DNA of 63,845 bases, the filler included, from Octopus bimaculoides (lineage: Eukaryota), in the NCBI RefSeq assembly GCF_001194135.2. It is 7 parts of 7 records of this genome, joined end to end, with 100 filler letters (N's around TTAATTAATTAA, not from the genome) between each part and the next. Parts side by side here need not be neighbours in the genome. Positions count along the whole stretch, not along the records: positions 30,247 to 47,259 come from NC_068990.1; positions 47,360 to 55,159 come from NC_068985.1; 5 more parts are not named here. One strand, 5' to 3'. Each line of letters opens with the position of its first letter. Position 1 is the stretch's first letter. The notes under the pieces were generated by a model. It saw only the letters and a list, made by a program, of their open reading frames with translations. It ran no database searches and was not told the DNA's origin. Below, one piece after another: positions 38,744 through 52,904 of this stretch. Position numbers and translations under genes: made by a program.

Positions 38744-39294
38744 TTTGCTTCTGCACCATCTACTTACGCTTACGCTAATTAACGTGTATTCAGAATATAC
38801 AGAGAGTCGTGAGTCTGTCTTATTCTCTTTTACAAACAAAAGATACAGGAATACACTACTTTAAATAATGATTTCTATCATACTACCATAGGCTAAAATT
38901 TGGAAGTGTTGCGAATTCGATTACATCGACCACAGCATTTTTCTACAATTTATCTTATCGTTGCTATGAAGAGGAAATATAGCCCTACAACTAGGTTCAA
39001 TAAATAAAGAATTAAAAATTTCAATGTAGCAGATAATATGTAGAAGGCAGAGAAATCTTCTCGTCTGTCTTCTCCATATTCGTGTGTTATGTATGACATG
39101 ACATCAAATCCGTGGCAGGTCATCGACTTTCCGTTATGAGTTCAAATTCCGCTGAAGTCGACTTTGCTTTTCATTACTTCCTAGTCGATAAATTAAGTAT
39201 TATTTGAGATCTGGGTCAACATAATCGACTAGTCTCTCCCCGTAAAAATTTCAGGCCTTGCGCCTAAAACAAAATAAAATCATAAATGATATGT

Positions 39295-39805
39295 AAGGCA
39301 GCGGGATGGCAGAATCATTACTACGTGAGACAAAACACTAAGCGGTATTTCTTCCTGTTTTACGTTCTGAGTGTGGAGGCGCAATGGCCCAGTGGTTAGG
39401 GCAGCGAACTCGCGGTCATAGGATGATCGCGCTTTCGATTTCCAGACCGGGCGTTGTGAGTGTTTATTGGGCGAAAACACCTAAAAGCCCTACGAGGTTC
39501 CGGCAGGAGATGGTGGCGAACCCTGCTGTACTCTTTCACCACAACTTTCTCTCACTCTTACTTCCTGTTTCTGTTGTGCCTGTAATTCAAAGGGTCAGCC
39601 TTGTCACACTGTGTCACGCTGAATATCCCCGAGAACTACGTTAAGGGTACACGTGTCTGTGGAGTGCTCAGCCACTTGCACGTTAACTTCACGAGCAGGC
39701 TGTTCCGTTGATCGGATCACCTGGAACCCTCGACGTCGTAAGCGACGGAGTGCCAACAACAAAAACGTTCTGAGTTCAAATGCCACGAAGGTCGACTTTT
39801 CCTAT
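39295..39805 (+). mobile_element. ggcggcgagctggcagaa-type SINE split by a nested insertion
   Basis: Head 39295-39372 continues after 39775 (tcaaatgccacgaaggtcgactttt). Confidence 0.75.
39373..39764 (+). mobile_element. tRNA-derived SINE nested in another SINE, with 11-bp TSD
   Basis: TSD acgttctgagt at 39362-39372 and 39765-39775; (CAA)-like tail; matches 33819-34200. Confidence 0.92.
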
Positions 39806-41120
39806 AGTAAAAAGAATTATTTAAAGTGTATGAATTATTTGCATAATAACTAGTAGCGTTTTGATGGCAATAGCTGTAGTTCTGGAGAACAAAAGCTATA
39901 ACATCAAGTAATATGACAACAATGTGAATCACCAAGATTACGTTAGTATCCCATTGCTTTTCGTATTAGAAATCGCAGCCAAATATCCTACAAGCCGAAT
40001 GAAGAAAAAGGAGTACGCGGCATAATTTAATCTAAAACATAGCTACGTTCTAAACAAAATGGGGTCCACAGCAGCATCAAATTTAATTATGGATCTTTTT
40101 GAATAGTGCTAGACCTGAGGCAAAGGAACTATAACAAATCAACAATCTTTATATTCTATATTTGATATCATTATATATTCAAGTTTTCCGCAATTCTGTC
40201 ATTAACGTAAGTGAAAGTAGATGAAAATGAAAGTAGATATATACATAATGATAATCGATAGGGCGCAGTACTCTAAGTTGAAATGGAAACTAGCAAGTGA
40301 ATAGCTGAATTGGCATACCTCTATGTCATTGACGAAGTAATAAAGCACACATTAAATTATCTACGATACCGTGAACCTACTTGCATGTTCAAGATTTTTT
40401 CCAGCTAGAACTAAATGGAAACACTTTATCTCATTCCAGATGCCATTAATTCGAAAATAAATATACTCAAAAATAATACATACAATTTGCCAAATAAGAA
40501 AACGCATTAGAGGTCAATTACATATACACCGTCCATCATTCTAAACATCTCTAGAAAATATCTTGACAACCTTGACAACCTCCTTGGCTCTTGTGACACA
40601 TGATCAGCTGCATTCAAGCGTTCTCCATCAGTCAATTAAGAGGTTTTATTTCAACGGTTCAGAAATTATGACACTATTTATGAGATGCATATATGTCTAG
40701 TGAATAACTATAAGAATGGTTGATCCCATTAAATATATTGAAATGACCTTTAGCTTCATTTAGCCGGCTATTCTGAAAAGAATCTAAATATCTAAATATA
40801 TAATTGTCTGAAATTCTATGAGAATAATTTCTTTGTTGAAATCTGGTATTATAATCAATAATATTGATCAATTAAATAGAAACCAAATATTTGTGTAGAT
40901 AATTATATATACACACACACGTGTGTGTGTTTGTGTATGTCTCCATGTGTGTGTGTGTGTCTGTGTGTGTGTATATGTGTATATATGTGTGTGTATGTGA
41001 CTGTACACGCATAGACACACATTTCTGTGTACACCTATTAATTGGCATTAACCAAAATGCGCATATATATGCATAAATGCATACTCTATATATGCTTTTA
41101 TATCTTTATTTATGTATGTA

Positions 41121-41194
<74 letters not shown>

Positions 41195-41237
41195 GGGGGG
41201 GGCGTGTGTGTGTGTCTATACACACATAGACGCAATC

Positions 41238-41271
<34 letters not shown>

Positions 41272-41704
41272 GTATATATATGTGTGTGTGTGTGTGTGGG
41301 TGTGGGTGTGGGTGTGGGTGTGGGTGCGTGTGTGTGTGATAGCGTCTATGTATGTATAGACACACATTTAAGTACTCTTAGTTCTTTCTTATCTCATTTG
41401 CGGAATTATTTATTACTCTTATAATATCTACATAATATGGTTAACGAATTACAAATATTTAAACGCACTTTTTAATTGATCCTAAATTTCATTCTCTAAA
41501 TAGATTGGGGTTTAAATGAATCCAGTTATTATAGTATTCTTTGAAATCTTTCTCTCGTTTACTCTCTCACTCCATCTCTCTCTCACTTCATCTCTCTCTT
41601 CCTCTACACACACACACACATATATATATGTATATATATATGTATATGTATGTATATATATATATACATATATACAAATACATATGTATATATATATATG
41701 TATA

Positions 41705-41760
<56 letters not shown>

Positions 41761-42063
41761 CATATATTGTATATATGCGCTCTGTGTATGTGTGTATGTA
41801 TGTGTATGTAGGTATGCTCATGCATTCTCACATACACGCATATACATATGAATAGGTTCATTTACAGGACTTGCTTCAGAAACCAAGTCATTTCTGCCTG
41901 AAGTAATATCTGATTCCCTGACACTTGTTGAATCTAGGTGTTCAGATGTTACAACTACAAGATGTATAGATACTGGAACAGTGAAGTTAGAAGTGGTACT
42001 TATGCTGGGTCGATTGGTAAAGGATGCACTTGTATTTGTCTCAACATTCAGTGTAAATCTTAC

Positions 42064-42294
42064 CATTTCTTGCAACTGATATGCCACTGTATCATTACCA
42101 CGAGTATTGTTCGTTGCTTCTTGATTGTTTGTTACCGAACTAGACATTGATGTGGATGACGGTTGTGGTATTAAACATTTGTAATAGATTTGCATTGCAT
42201 GGCTGATTCCTACCAGTTTGCCTCTTGTTGCTGTTTGCGTATCAGCAATCCAGATTTCTGCCTTTCCTTTCCCATGCTGTTGGGAGTAATACTC
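42064..42294 (-). CDS. Candidate phase 0-0 exon (77 codons): end of a small globular domain followed by an S/T/N-rich stalk
   Basis: Acceptor ttttaacttttaatatcag|GAG and donor ATG|gtaaga; reads EYYSQQHGKGKAEIWIADTQTATRGKLVGISHAMQIYYKCLIPQPSSTSMSSSVTNNQEATNNTRGNDTVAYQLQEM. The frame stays open and S/T-rich to 41818. Confidence 0.45.
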
Positions 42295-43712
42295 CTGATA
42301 TTAAAAGTTAAAATTTAATTAAAAAATACCCCACATTGGGAAAAATTAGCACATACAATATTTATACATAATTACTGATACATTAGTAGGAATACGAGGA
42401 TAAATATAATAGATTATATATTTCTAAAATAATATTTTAGTTACTGTTTAATCAACCATGTTGGTTGATTAGTTAATATAAATTAAAATCAGACAAATAG
42501 TATTATTCACTCTCACAACTTCAGATTATTGTTATGTTAACTTTGATAATGTTGATAGATTTCGGCCAGTATAGGCCCAGTCCACGGATTTTTGGGGTTT
42601 TTTTTTTATTTAAGAGATATCATAAATCAAAATTTGGAACAGTATCTCCTTAGATATTTTTTTAAATTCAAGAAACGGCTTGGCAACGAGCAATAATTCT
42701 TCAAACCAAATATTTTAACCCTTTGGTGTCTACATTAATTCTGCTCTCTATATATTTGATGTATGCATATGTACGTAAAAAATGAAAATCTGATGTTACA
42801 TGGTTTTTCTAATGCAATACCTTATCATGTTACGGTAACCTTAAAATATAATGGTAAAATAAAAGTAAAACGTGTATAGAATAAAAAATATACTGTTATA
42901 ATGGTTTTGGGAATATTCCGTTCTATGTATATTTCAATAATTGTGAACAATTATACACATTTCAATTAAATGATAAAAATTCCTATAAGTTTCAAAGAAG
43001 TTCCAAATTAGCAACCNNNNNNNNNNNNNNNNNNNNNNNNNNNNNNNNNNNNNNNNNNNNNNNNNNNNNNNNNNNNNNNNNNNNNNNNNNNNNNNNNNNN
43101 NNNNNNNNNNNNNNNNNNNNNNNNNNNNNNNNNNNNNNNNNNNNNNNNNNNNNNNNNNNNNNNNNNNNNNNNNNNNNNNNNNNNNNNGCTACGCACATAC
43201 ATTCACACACACTCTCACACACATACGCATACTGTGCGTTTACGTATTTTTCACTCGCTGTTGATGTCCTGTACTTAATGTTTTTTTTATTTATTTATTT
43301 GTAATTAAACGCCTCGCAGCCTTGTCTGCAGTAATGTCTTAGACACATACACACACACACATATACATAGACGACACAAGGTCAACTCAAAATATCATTA
43401 GTTCACCTAGTTCGTTGCTTTATGGAAATGTACTGCACAAAGATTATAATGTTTTACTAGTGGAAACCGTGGAAATATCACAGAACGAAATGGATTAAGA
43501 GAAGCTATTTCAGACAGAAAGGATGTTTTGCATTTTTATTTCATTTTGCTAAATATTTCACTTCCAGTCACAATAATATGTTATATTTAAAAATTTCCAT
43601 CTACTAAGCATTTTATATTTCTATTTCTTTCTACCTCTTCTACAAAATTTTCTAACCATGTAATCCCCGTCTTCATGTCTTCAACATTTTCTTGCTCTTC
43701 ACCTCGTGTTTG

Positions 43713-43828
<116 letters not shown>

Positions 43829-44567
43829 ATGTAACTACCTTCCCTGCCTATCTCTCTTTATCTACCTTTCTTTCACCTCACCATCAGAACATTCCCTTCT
43901 GCTAAATATTGTATCTTTTCACCTTTCCCTCTCCCCCCCCCACAGGCCGTCTTTAACATTTTTCTCTCCCTCTTTTTCTCTCACTCGTCGCCTCTCCCTT
44001 CAATTAACGGCGTGGCGCATTTGGCCTTATACATTTTTCTCTACATCTTACTCACGTCTTTCTTCTCAACACTCTCTCTCTCTATCACCCTCCTCATTTC
44101 TCTCTCACTCATTTTACTGCACCTCTCTCTCATTCCACCTCCACCTCTCCAACTAAATGAAGCATAACGGGTGAACGAAGAAACAGATTATTATGTAGAT
44201 TACTTTGTTCAATTACGACAGGTTGATGCTTAATTATAACAATTTTTTGCGCGTTATTTGACATGACACTTTGTAAGGTACTTCACAAGGTAAATAATGG
44301 TAATTATTTTAACCACCCCTAATAGAATATTGAGTGTTTTGGATAAAGAAAAATTTTCACTTAGAAGAGAATGGTTTAAGTACATGAGAAATCAACTTTA
44401 AAAAATTATTTCATAAGTTAATTTCTGTAGTTAATCCAAAAGGTTTTCCAACATTTAATTTATATATGGACTCAAATGTCTAATCTCGGTCAAGGCGACC
44501 TCCGGGCTAATCCACCACTGTATGTATATATGTATGTATTTATGTATGTATGTATGTATGTATGTAT

Positions 44568-44990
44568 GTCATTATTCAGTTTATTTCAAGACTTCTTGCC
44601 AATAGAGAAAGAACCGGTTTCTAACATAGATCAAAGGCTCTTTCATTCGAATTTCAACATCAACAACAGGGTATTTTTGCATGTATGTATGTTCATACAG
44701 ATTTGTATGTTTTATGTATGTATTCTCATACATATAGTTGCATATCTAGACATGCAGATATATATTTAAATGATAAACTTCTGGAAAGTTTTACTGGTGT
44801 TTACAGTCCCAGCGATGGATTGGATCTGTAGTCTTCGAATTAGCTGACTCTTTTCTTGTTTTGAGAAGCCTAATTTCTCAAGACTGGTAGTTAGGCAGTA
44901 TGTCATATATCTCAGGGTCCCAATAATTACAGGTATAAACCCGAACTTGTAATCTGGATAGAGTAACAGCAGAATTCTCAATAGTTCATG
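44568..44990 (-). mobile_element. 3' end of the ACAT-class R4/Dong-like LINE inside an (ACAT)n tract
   Basis: ELLRILLLLYPDYKFGFIPVIIGTLRYMTYCLTTSLEKLGFSKQEKSQLIRRLQIQSIAGTVNTSKTFQKFII* plus 3' UTR; (TATG)n on both flanks. Confidence 0.9.
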
Positions 44991-45101
44991 TACGTACTGT
45001 GTATGTATGTATGCATGTACTATGTATGTATGTATGCATGCATGTATATATGTATGTATGTATATATATATATATGCCAGTGTATATGTATATATAAACC
45101 T

Positions 45102-45152
<51 letters not shown>

Positions 45153-45472
45153 NNNNNNNNNNNNNNNNNNNNNNNNNNNNNNNNNNNNNNNNNNNNNNNN
45201 NNNNNNNNNNNNNNNNNNNNNNNNNNNNNNNNNNNNNNNNNNNNNNNNNNNNNNNNNNNNNNNNNNNNNNNNNNNNNNNNNNNNNNNNNNNNNNNNNNNN
45301 NNNNNNNNNNNNNNNNNNNNNNNNNNNNNNNNNNNNNNNNNNNNNNNNNNNNNNNNNNNNNNNNNNNNNNNNNNNNNNNNNNNNNNNNNNNNNNNNNNNN
45401 NNNNNNNNNNNNNNNNNNNNNNNNNNNNNNNNNNNNNNNNNNNNNNNNNNNNNNNNNNNNNNNNNNNNNNNN

Positions 45473-45548
45473 AGGGTTAGGGTTAGGGTTAGGGTTACGG
45501 TCAGGGTTAGGGTTAGGGTTAGGGTTAGGGTTTGAGTTAGGGTTAGGT
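45473..45548 (+). repeat. Interstitial telomere-type (TTAGGG)n tract
   Basis: About 12 units, some degenerate, abutting a gap. Confidence 0.85.
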
Positions 45549-47521
45549 TTACCCTGTAGATCTATATAAAACCGGGGGGGGGGATCGAAATTTTGAAATT
45601 GAGATTTTTGAAAATTTTTTTCACAATCGGAATCTCCATAGCCTAAAACGTGGGATTCCGTAAAAAAAAAAAAAAAAATTAAAAGTGGGGTATACCCAGA
45701 TTACATATACTCCATCTCCACCGTATGAAATTAGTTATATAGTTCATAATTCAAATTATGTGATGAAAACGTTTACATCATGATTATTACCATCGCATAT
45801 ACGTCGTCGTCGTCATCGTCATCGTCAACATCATCATTATCATCGTCATCAACATCATCATCATTATCAAAATAATGATAATAATTGTGATAGTAACATT
45901 AAGTAGCAGAAGCCACGGCTTGTGGACATTGAGAAATTTAGTTACTTGTGTTGTGCTTATTAGAGGAGACAACGGCGAACGCTGTGAAGATATATAGAGA
46001 AAGTGTGTAAGAGAGAGAGAAAGAGAGAGCGTAGATAATAAATGTTAGTTGAGAGGAAGAAAGACACAAAATGAAACAGTGAATCGATAAAAAATTATTA
46101 TTATAGAAGAGCACATGCACGACAGTGGCACACATACACACACAGCCACACATATGCATGTACAAGCGTATAAACATACACTGTGAAATGTAATAGTTTG
46201 ATGTGGTGATGTTATCGGTAGGATAATAGTTAATGGAGAAGGAGGAGGAGGTTGGGTGGTGGGAGTGAATTTTGTAATTAATAAGGAGCTAGCAGTAAAC
46301 AATTTATTGTGAGGAACTTGAAAGGCCATACACAATTCAACGCATGCACCTTAATGCAAGTATCTGTTGTAGCTGCCACTAACATTACTATGACTTTTAA
46401 TGTCAACCATCATTATTCCCAGGTAATATATAGATATCTTCATTACTGTCATCACCATATAAATTAATCACGTTTTATTTTCCGTTGTTTTATTGCAATC
46501 TTAATGGAGTTACCTCCCTTAGCGCGACACAAAACAGAAAAAAATGAGTGGGGGATATAAGAACGTAAAATCATAAGACTACAGAAATCATAGTCATCTC
46601 TATCACCATTATACTGTTTATCATTATCGTCATCACACTCTACATCTATCGTTATTTGCTTCATCATAGTTGACATCGTTTTCCTCATCTTTATAACTGT
46701 TATAAACTCATCTTTATCACATTTACCACCAGCTTTTCTTTCTCTGCGATAATTATGATAGTTAGGGCCATCATTGACATCACAGTAATTAATTGTTATC
46801 AATAATATATCCATCATAATGCCAATTTTATAATTTTTATTATCATCATCATTAGTATCATCACGATCATAGCCACAACCGATATCACCTTGAAAATCAC
46901 TACCGTTATCATCATCTGTAAGGCGTACTATTTTTCCAACTAATATTTCATCATAATCAATGATGCTATTGACATTGCTGTTGTCATAGTGAACGTTTAT
47001 ATATAGCTTTGGGGTTGAACTAAACCTCCTTTCCCAAAATTCATATAATCTCTTATTTGCTACATTGTAGTAAATTCTATGCACAATCCACCAATCAAAA
47101 GTTATTGAAATCACTCATAAATATTGATTATTTATTTTAAAAGGTGAACCCTCACCACCACAGAAGTTTGGACGAGCTCCATCATTTAAGTAATGAGTTC
47201 GATACGGGAAGGACAAATATGTGTATGGATATGTATGTATATATATGCATATATATATANNNNNNNNNNNNNNNNNNNNNNNNNNNNNNNNNNNNNNNNN
47301 NNNTTAATTAATTAANNNNNNNNNNNNNNNNNNNNNNNNNNNNNNNNNNNNNNNNNNNNTTTAATTAGAGATAAAAAAAATCAAATGAAGAGCCTAAGAT
47401 TTATCCGAGGTCAAATTATTCATGTATCACAAGTATGGAAGTAAATAGTGAAGCCGTTTTCACGTGAAAAGCGATTACACACACACCTCTGTTTTATATA
47501 TAGTATAGATAGATATATATA

Positions 47522-47552
<31 letters not shown>

Positions 47553-47814
47553 GTGTGTATATATATTATGTATGTATGTATGTATGTATGTATGTATGTA
47601 TGTATATGTGTATGAGTATGTACCAACTGGAGACTTTAAGGGGACGGGGTCATGGCTGAAAAAACTTTGATCCATGGTCAGCCTTTTTCACCTGGTATAC
47701 ACTGCAATATGCCGAGGTTCTTCGACTTCATCTCCATTGCATAAAAAAAATATGATAGAATATAAAACATGATGTTGTACCTAATTCTTTATTTAGATCT
47801 GGAAGCTACAGATA

Positions 47815-47817
47815 ACG

Positions 47818-47886
<69 letters not shown>

Positions 47887-48562
47887 GTAATAATGATAAT
47901 AGTAATAAGAACAACAACACTAATAATAATAATAGTAGTAATGATGATGATGATGATGATGATGACGATGATGATGATGATGATGATGATGATGTTGATG
48001 ATGATGTTGATGATGATGATGATCATANNNNNNNNNNNNNNNNNNNNNNNNNNNNNNNNNNNNNNNNNNNNNNNNNNNNNNNNNNNNNNNNNNNNNNNNN
48101 NNNNNNNNNNNNNNNNNNNNNNNNNNNNNNNNNNNNNNNNNNNNNNNNNNNNNNNNNNNNNNNNNNNNNNNNNNNNNNNNNNNNNNNNNNNNNNNNNNNN
48201 NNNNNNNNNNNNNNNNNNNNNNNNNNNNNNNNNNNNNNNNNNNNNNNNNNNNNNNNNNNNNNNNNNNNNNNNNNNNNNNNNNNNNNNNNNNNNNNNNNNN
48301 NNNNNNNNNNNNNNNNNNNNNNNNNNNNNNNNNNNNNNNNNNNNNNNNNNNNNNNNNNNNNNNNNNNNNNNNNNNNNNNNNNNNNNNNNNNNNNNNNNNN
48401 NNNNNNNNNNNNNNNNNNNNNNNNNNNNNNNNNNNNNNNNNNNNNNNNNNNNNTGATGACGATGATGATGATGATGATGATGATGATGTTGATGATGATG
48501 TTGATGATGATGATGATCATAATAATAATAATAATAATAATAACAATAATAATAATAATAAT
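47815..48562. repeat. (AAT)n/(GAT)n microsatellites around a gap
   Basis: Directly visible. Confidence 0.9.
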
Positions 48563-49452
48563 AAGCTTTTGCAAAATTTAGTGTATTTATATGCATGTAA
48601 GCGTATGAACATAAGGGAGTCTGTGTTCATGGATACATGTTTGTGTGTGGGTAGTCATGAATATACTTATGTATGTATGTATGTATGTATGTATGTATGT
48701 ATGTATATATGTATGTGTGAGTGTGTGTATGTGTATGTATGCTTATTTGTTTGTCTTTGTCTTGGAGAGTTTCACGAAGCCATAACACTAGTAACAGTAG
48801 TAACTTTCAGCAGAAACGAAATGCCAGCAGTAAAACAAATAAATCTTGACTATTATTAACATTTCAGTATAAATATTCACAACCTGCCTATAAATATACG
48901 GTATTCTCTTGCTCCTCTTGGAATTGGGTCAACGTGAAATACCAAAACGGCACAGCATCGGCAGCACAGTAACAAGGCATTGCTATTTCATAGAGGATCA
49001 AAACGCGCAGGAGATAGAAAATAGAAAAGAAAAGAGAATTGCTCTTGTTTGTGATGATGATGATGACGGTAGTGATGAAGTGATGATAGTGATGATGGTA
49101 ACGGTAGTGATGATGATGGTGGTGTTGATGGCGACAATGATTGACGATGGTGTAGATGGTGCTGATGACGTTGATGATACAGATGGCGCTGTTGGTGATG
49201 CTGCAATTGCACTTGGTGATGTTTGCATCGTTGTTAGTGGTGTTGGCGGTTGTTTTTGTGGAGTCGGTGATGGTGATTTTATTGGTGTCGAACCAGCTCC
49301 TTGGGATGAGTCAGTAGGTACCAAGTGGTCGCTCAAATTACCTACCTACCTACCTACCTACCTACCTACTTACCTACCTACCTACCTACTTACCTACCTA
49401 CCTACCTACCTACATACATACATACATACATACATACATACATACATACATA

Positions 49453-49705
49453 ATTCTTTCCAGAACTTTCTCATTTAAAAATGTATGAGCATGTCTAGAT
49501 ATGCAACTATATACATGAGAATACATGCATAAAGCAAAACATACAATCTGTACTTATACATACATACATACATACATACATACATACAAACAAAAATACA
49601 CTGTTTTTGATGTTGAAATTCCAATGAAGAAGCCTTGAATCTAGGTTAGAATGCGACTCTTTCTCTATTAGTAAGAAATCTTAAAAAATAAAACTGAACA
49701 ATGAC
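49453..49705 (+). mobile_element. 3' tip of the ACAT-class R4/Dong-like LINE
   Basis: Same 3' UTR (gcatgtctagatatgcaactat...gttgaaattccaatgaag...aatgacatacat), preceded by (CCTA)n(ACAT)n. Confidence 0.85.
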
Positions 49706-49739
49706 ATACATATGTTGGTGCGTACGTACATATCAAAAA

Positions 49740-50600
49740 GAACAAAATAAAAAATGGATCAGTTCAGAGAAGATAGTACATGAGCACAGGCCACGAACAA
49801 CGCAAACCCATGGAAGGAATAGATCATGTCAACAGCTTGGCATGCAATACCGACAATTTTATGACAACCGACTTCCAGGGCTACCTCCATGCAATTCCAG
49901 AACAAAGACATACCCCCACTGTAAAAGGCAGAAAACATTGAGAGACAACAAATGTAGGCTGTGCAAGATCAAGAGTGAAGACATCAACCATATTATTTTC
50001 CAACTGCGAGAGAATGTCTTACAGAGATCTTTCCACGAGGAATGATGCAGTGGCTTGAACTGTCTAGAATAAGATAACATAAAAGGAAAACCAACAGACG
50101 AAGTCGAAGGGCTATAAAAATATTGGTGTGACTTAGAAATTAAAACAGCCTACAATTTAAAACATAACCGGGCAAATATTGTTGTGTTCGACAACAAGAA
50201 AGAGGTATGTTCTGTTATGGATATCAGCTCCCCTCTGGACACCAATGTGATTCCAAAACTAGAAGAGAAAGAGAACAACTATGGATTGTTGATAAAGAAT
50301 TTGCAATTCCAGTCCCCAAGATACGCTTTCAACTTCATATCTATTATTATTGGAGCAACATGTTATGTACCTACCCTTATCGAGCTAAGTCTGGCTGAAC
50401 TTGAGTTCTGTGGGAGAGAACGCAAATTCTTGATTCATATACTACAAGTGACCACGGTACTAGGGATTATAAAAATCTGTAAGACCCTCTTTATATTTAA
50501 AAGATGATGAACAAACCAAGAAGCTTTCCATCACAACCTTGCTACCAAACAGGTGACCGATCGAAATATATTCTAAATGACCAGAGAGAGAACATACAAA
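49740..50600 (+). mobile_element. 3' fragment of a related REL-type (R2/R4 group) LINE
   Basis: DNKCRLCKIKSEDINHII (CCHC-type finger); VMDISSPLDTNVIPKLEEKENNYGLLIKNLQ...IIIGATCYVP; GIIKICKT. Confidence 0.85.
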
Positions 50601-51360
50601 CGCACGAATATGCGTATGAGAATGCATACATATGCACACATGCATACCTGAATACATACATATACAAGCATATGCCAATATATTCATGTACACAGACGTA
50701 AATCCATACATATACATACATACACATTTGCATACATGCATACATTCATAGATATCTGCAATATCTAGAATTATTGGTACACTTATCTATGTTAGTAAAT
50801 ACCTCCGTGACAGTTTTGAAAATTTAGGGTTTTCGAGCAAAGAAGTCAAAAGCCAATTTGTTTTCCAATTTGTTTTTCTGTGCGAAGATCAGGAAAAGCT
50901 ATGCAAAAGTTCTCTAAAGTTTAGGTTGGAACTTTTATCTTCGTTATAATCCAAATTAAAAATCACGAAGCTTCTTATATTTTGGCGGATTAGAAACCAG
51001 GTAGTCTGAAAGGAACAATTCAAATAATGAGAAAAATGAACGATAACATATAAAATACACATATACGCATACACTGGAACACTCACAAACCTAGTTTACA
51101 TATATTCATATCAACATGCATGCACACAAACACATGCCTACATATTTACATAATAATCACATGCATACAGACGCATATATGTATGTATGCATATATATAT
51201 ATACATGTATGTATGTACGTATGCATATATCTGTGTGTGTGTATACACATATGTGTATATATACATATATATACGTATATATGTGTGTGTATATATATAT
51301 GGATATATATGAATGTATATATTCATATACATACATACATATATATGCATATATATATAC

Positions 51361-51395
<35 letters not shown>

Positions 51396-51405
51396 GATGT
51401 ATGTG

Positions 51406-51506
<101 letters not shown>

Positions 51507-52014
51507 ATGTATGTATGTATCTATGTATATGTGTGAATATACGTACGTAATAATAAAGATGAATATGCCGAAGAAAAAACACCAATAGCAAACATTGAAT
51601 AAAACAATCATGTATGAATAGAATATAAAAGATCACACACCAACTGACAGACAATATAATATTCCTTTATTTGCCACAAGGACATCAGACAGAGCGGATA
51701 TGACAGGGAACGTAAAGCAAACAAAGACAAACTTATACAATGGGATGTTACAATGATTGCAAATAGCGTGCATAATTATACTCATCTTGTAGCCGCTGAT
51801 AATGATAAATATTTGGCTTCAGAACTTCTAAATATGGCCAACACAAATAAAAAAGAATTATAAAACTTTCGAACAGAGTTCATAGGCATTAGCCCCATCT
51901 CCCTCTTTCCCTACCAAAGGTGATGTTCAGACATTATAGAAATATTTTCTACACTTAGATATTAAATCTTTATGCAGGCATAACAATACCTACATATTTG
52001 CCAACAACAACAAC

Positions 52015-52048
<34 letters not shown>

Positions 52049-52108
52049 GTAATAACAAAAAGTAAATAATAATGAATATAATATACATGCATATATATTA
52101 TATATATT

Positions 52109-52151
<43 letters not shown>

Positions 52152-52246
52152 NNNNNNNNNNNNNNNNNNNNNNNNNNNNNNNNNNNNNNNNNNNNNNNNN
52201 NNNNNNNNNNNNNNNNNNNNNNNNNNNNNNNNNNNNNNNNNNNNNN

Positions 52247-52291
<45 letters not shown>

Positions 52292-52904
52292 CATTACATA
52301 TATATTATGTATTATATGGACTGAATAGAAAATGACATCACAAAAACATGCGCGGAAAAAATATCAACAAAAAATATCAACACTTGTTTCGTGATCAATT
52401 TACATATAAATGGAAAGACAACCGTACATTATACTAAAGGATGACATGAAGAACTTTTTTGAAACTCTAAATGCAGATAGATAAACATTAAGAACGAACT
52501 AGGTGTAGTATGCATGAAAAATAATAAATAAAAAAAATCTAGATAATATAGAATGAAAAATTACATAAGCTATAAAGTTAAAGCAATGGAACAACAGCAC
52601 TGGTGTCATTAATTGGTTTAATGTCATATGCAAAAGAAAATTATGTAAATTTGCCTATTCGCATATCGTAGATATCCACTCACTGGAAATTGTTCCTCTC
52701 CCCTTAGAGGTGTTGAACTTTAGGGAAGATTTAGTACGTTCTGCCTCACGCCACGAGATATATCAGCACGTCAAGAAACAATACATTAATACTCTACGAT
52801 ATTATTACATTCTAGTTAAAGGTATTGTGTGGAAAGTATTGAGCACGAATATCATGAATCTATTCAGAAACTAACTGGTTCTATAGACATAAGGCTTTCG
52901 ATTG

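Noticed and set aside
39373-39450. tRNA-like sequence (also 34125-34200)
   Set aside because: It is the head of a SINE with body, tail and TSD, not a tRNA gene
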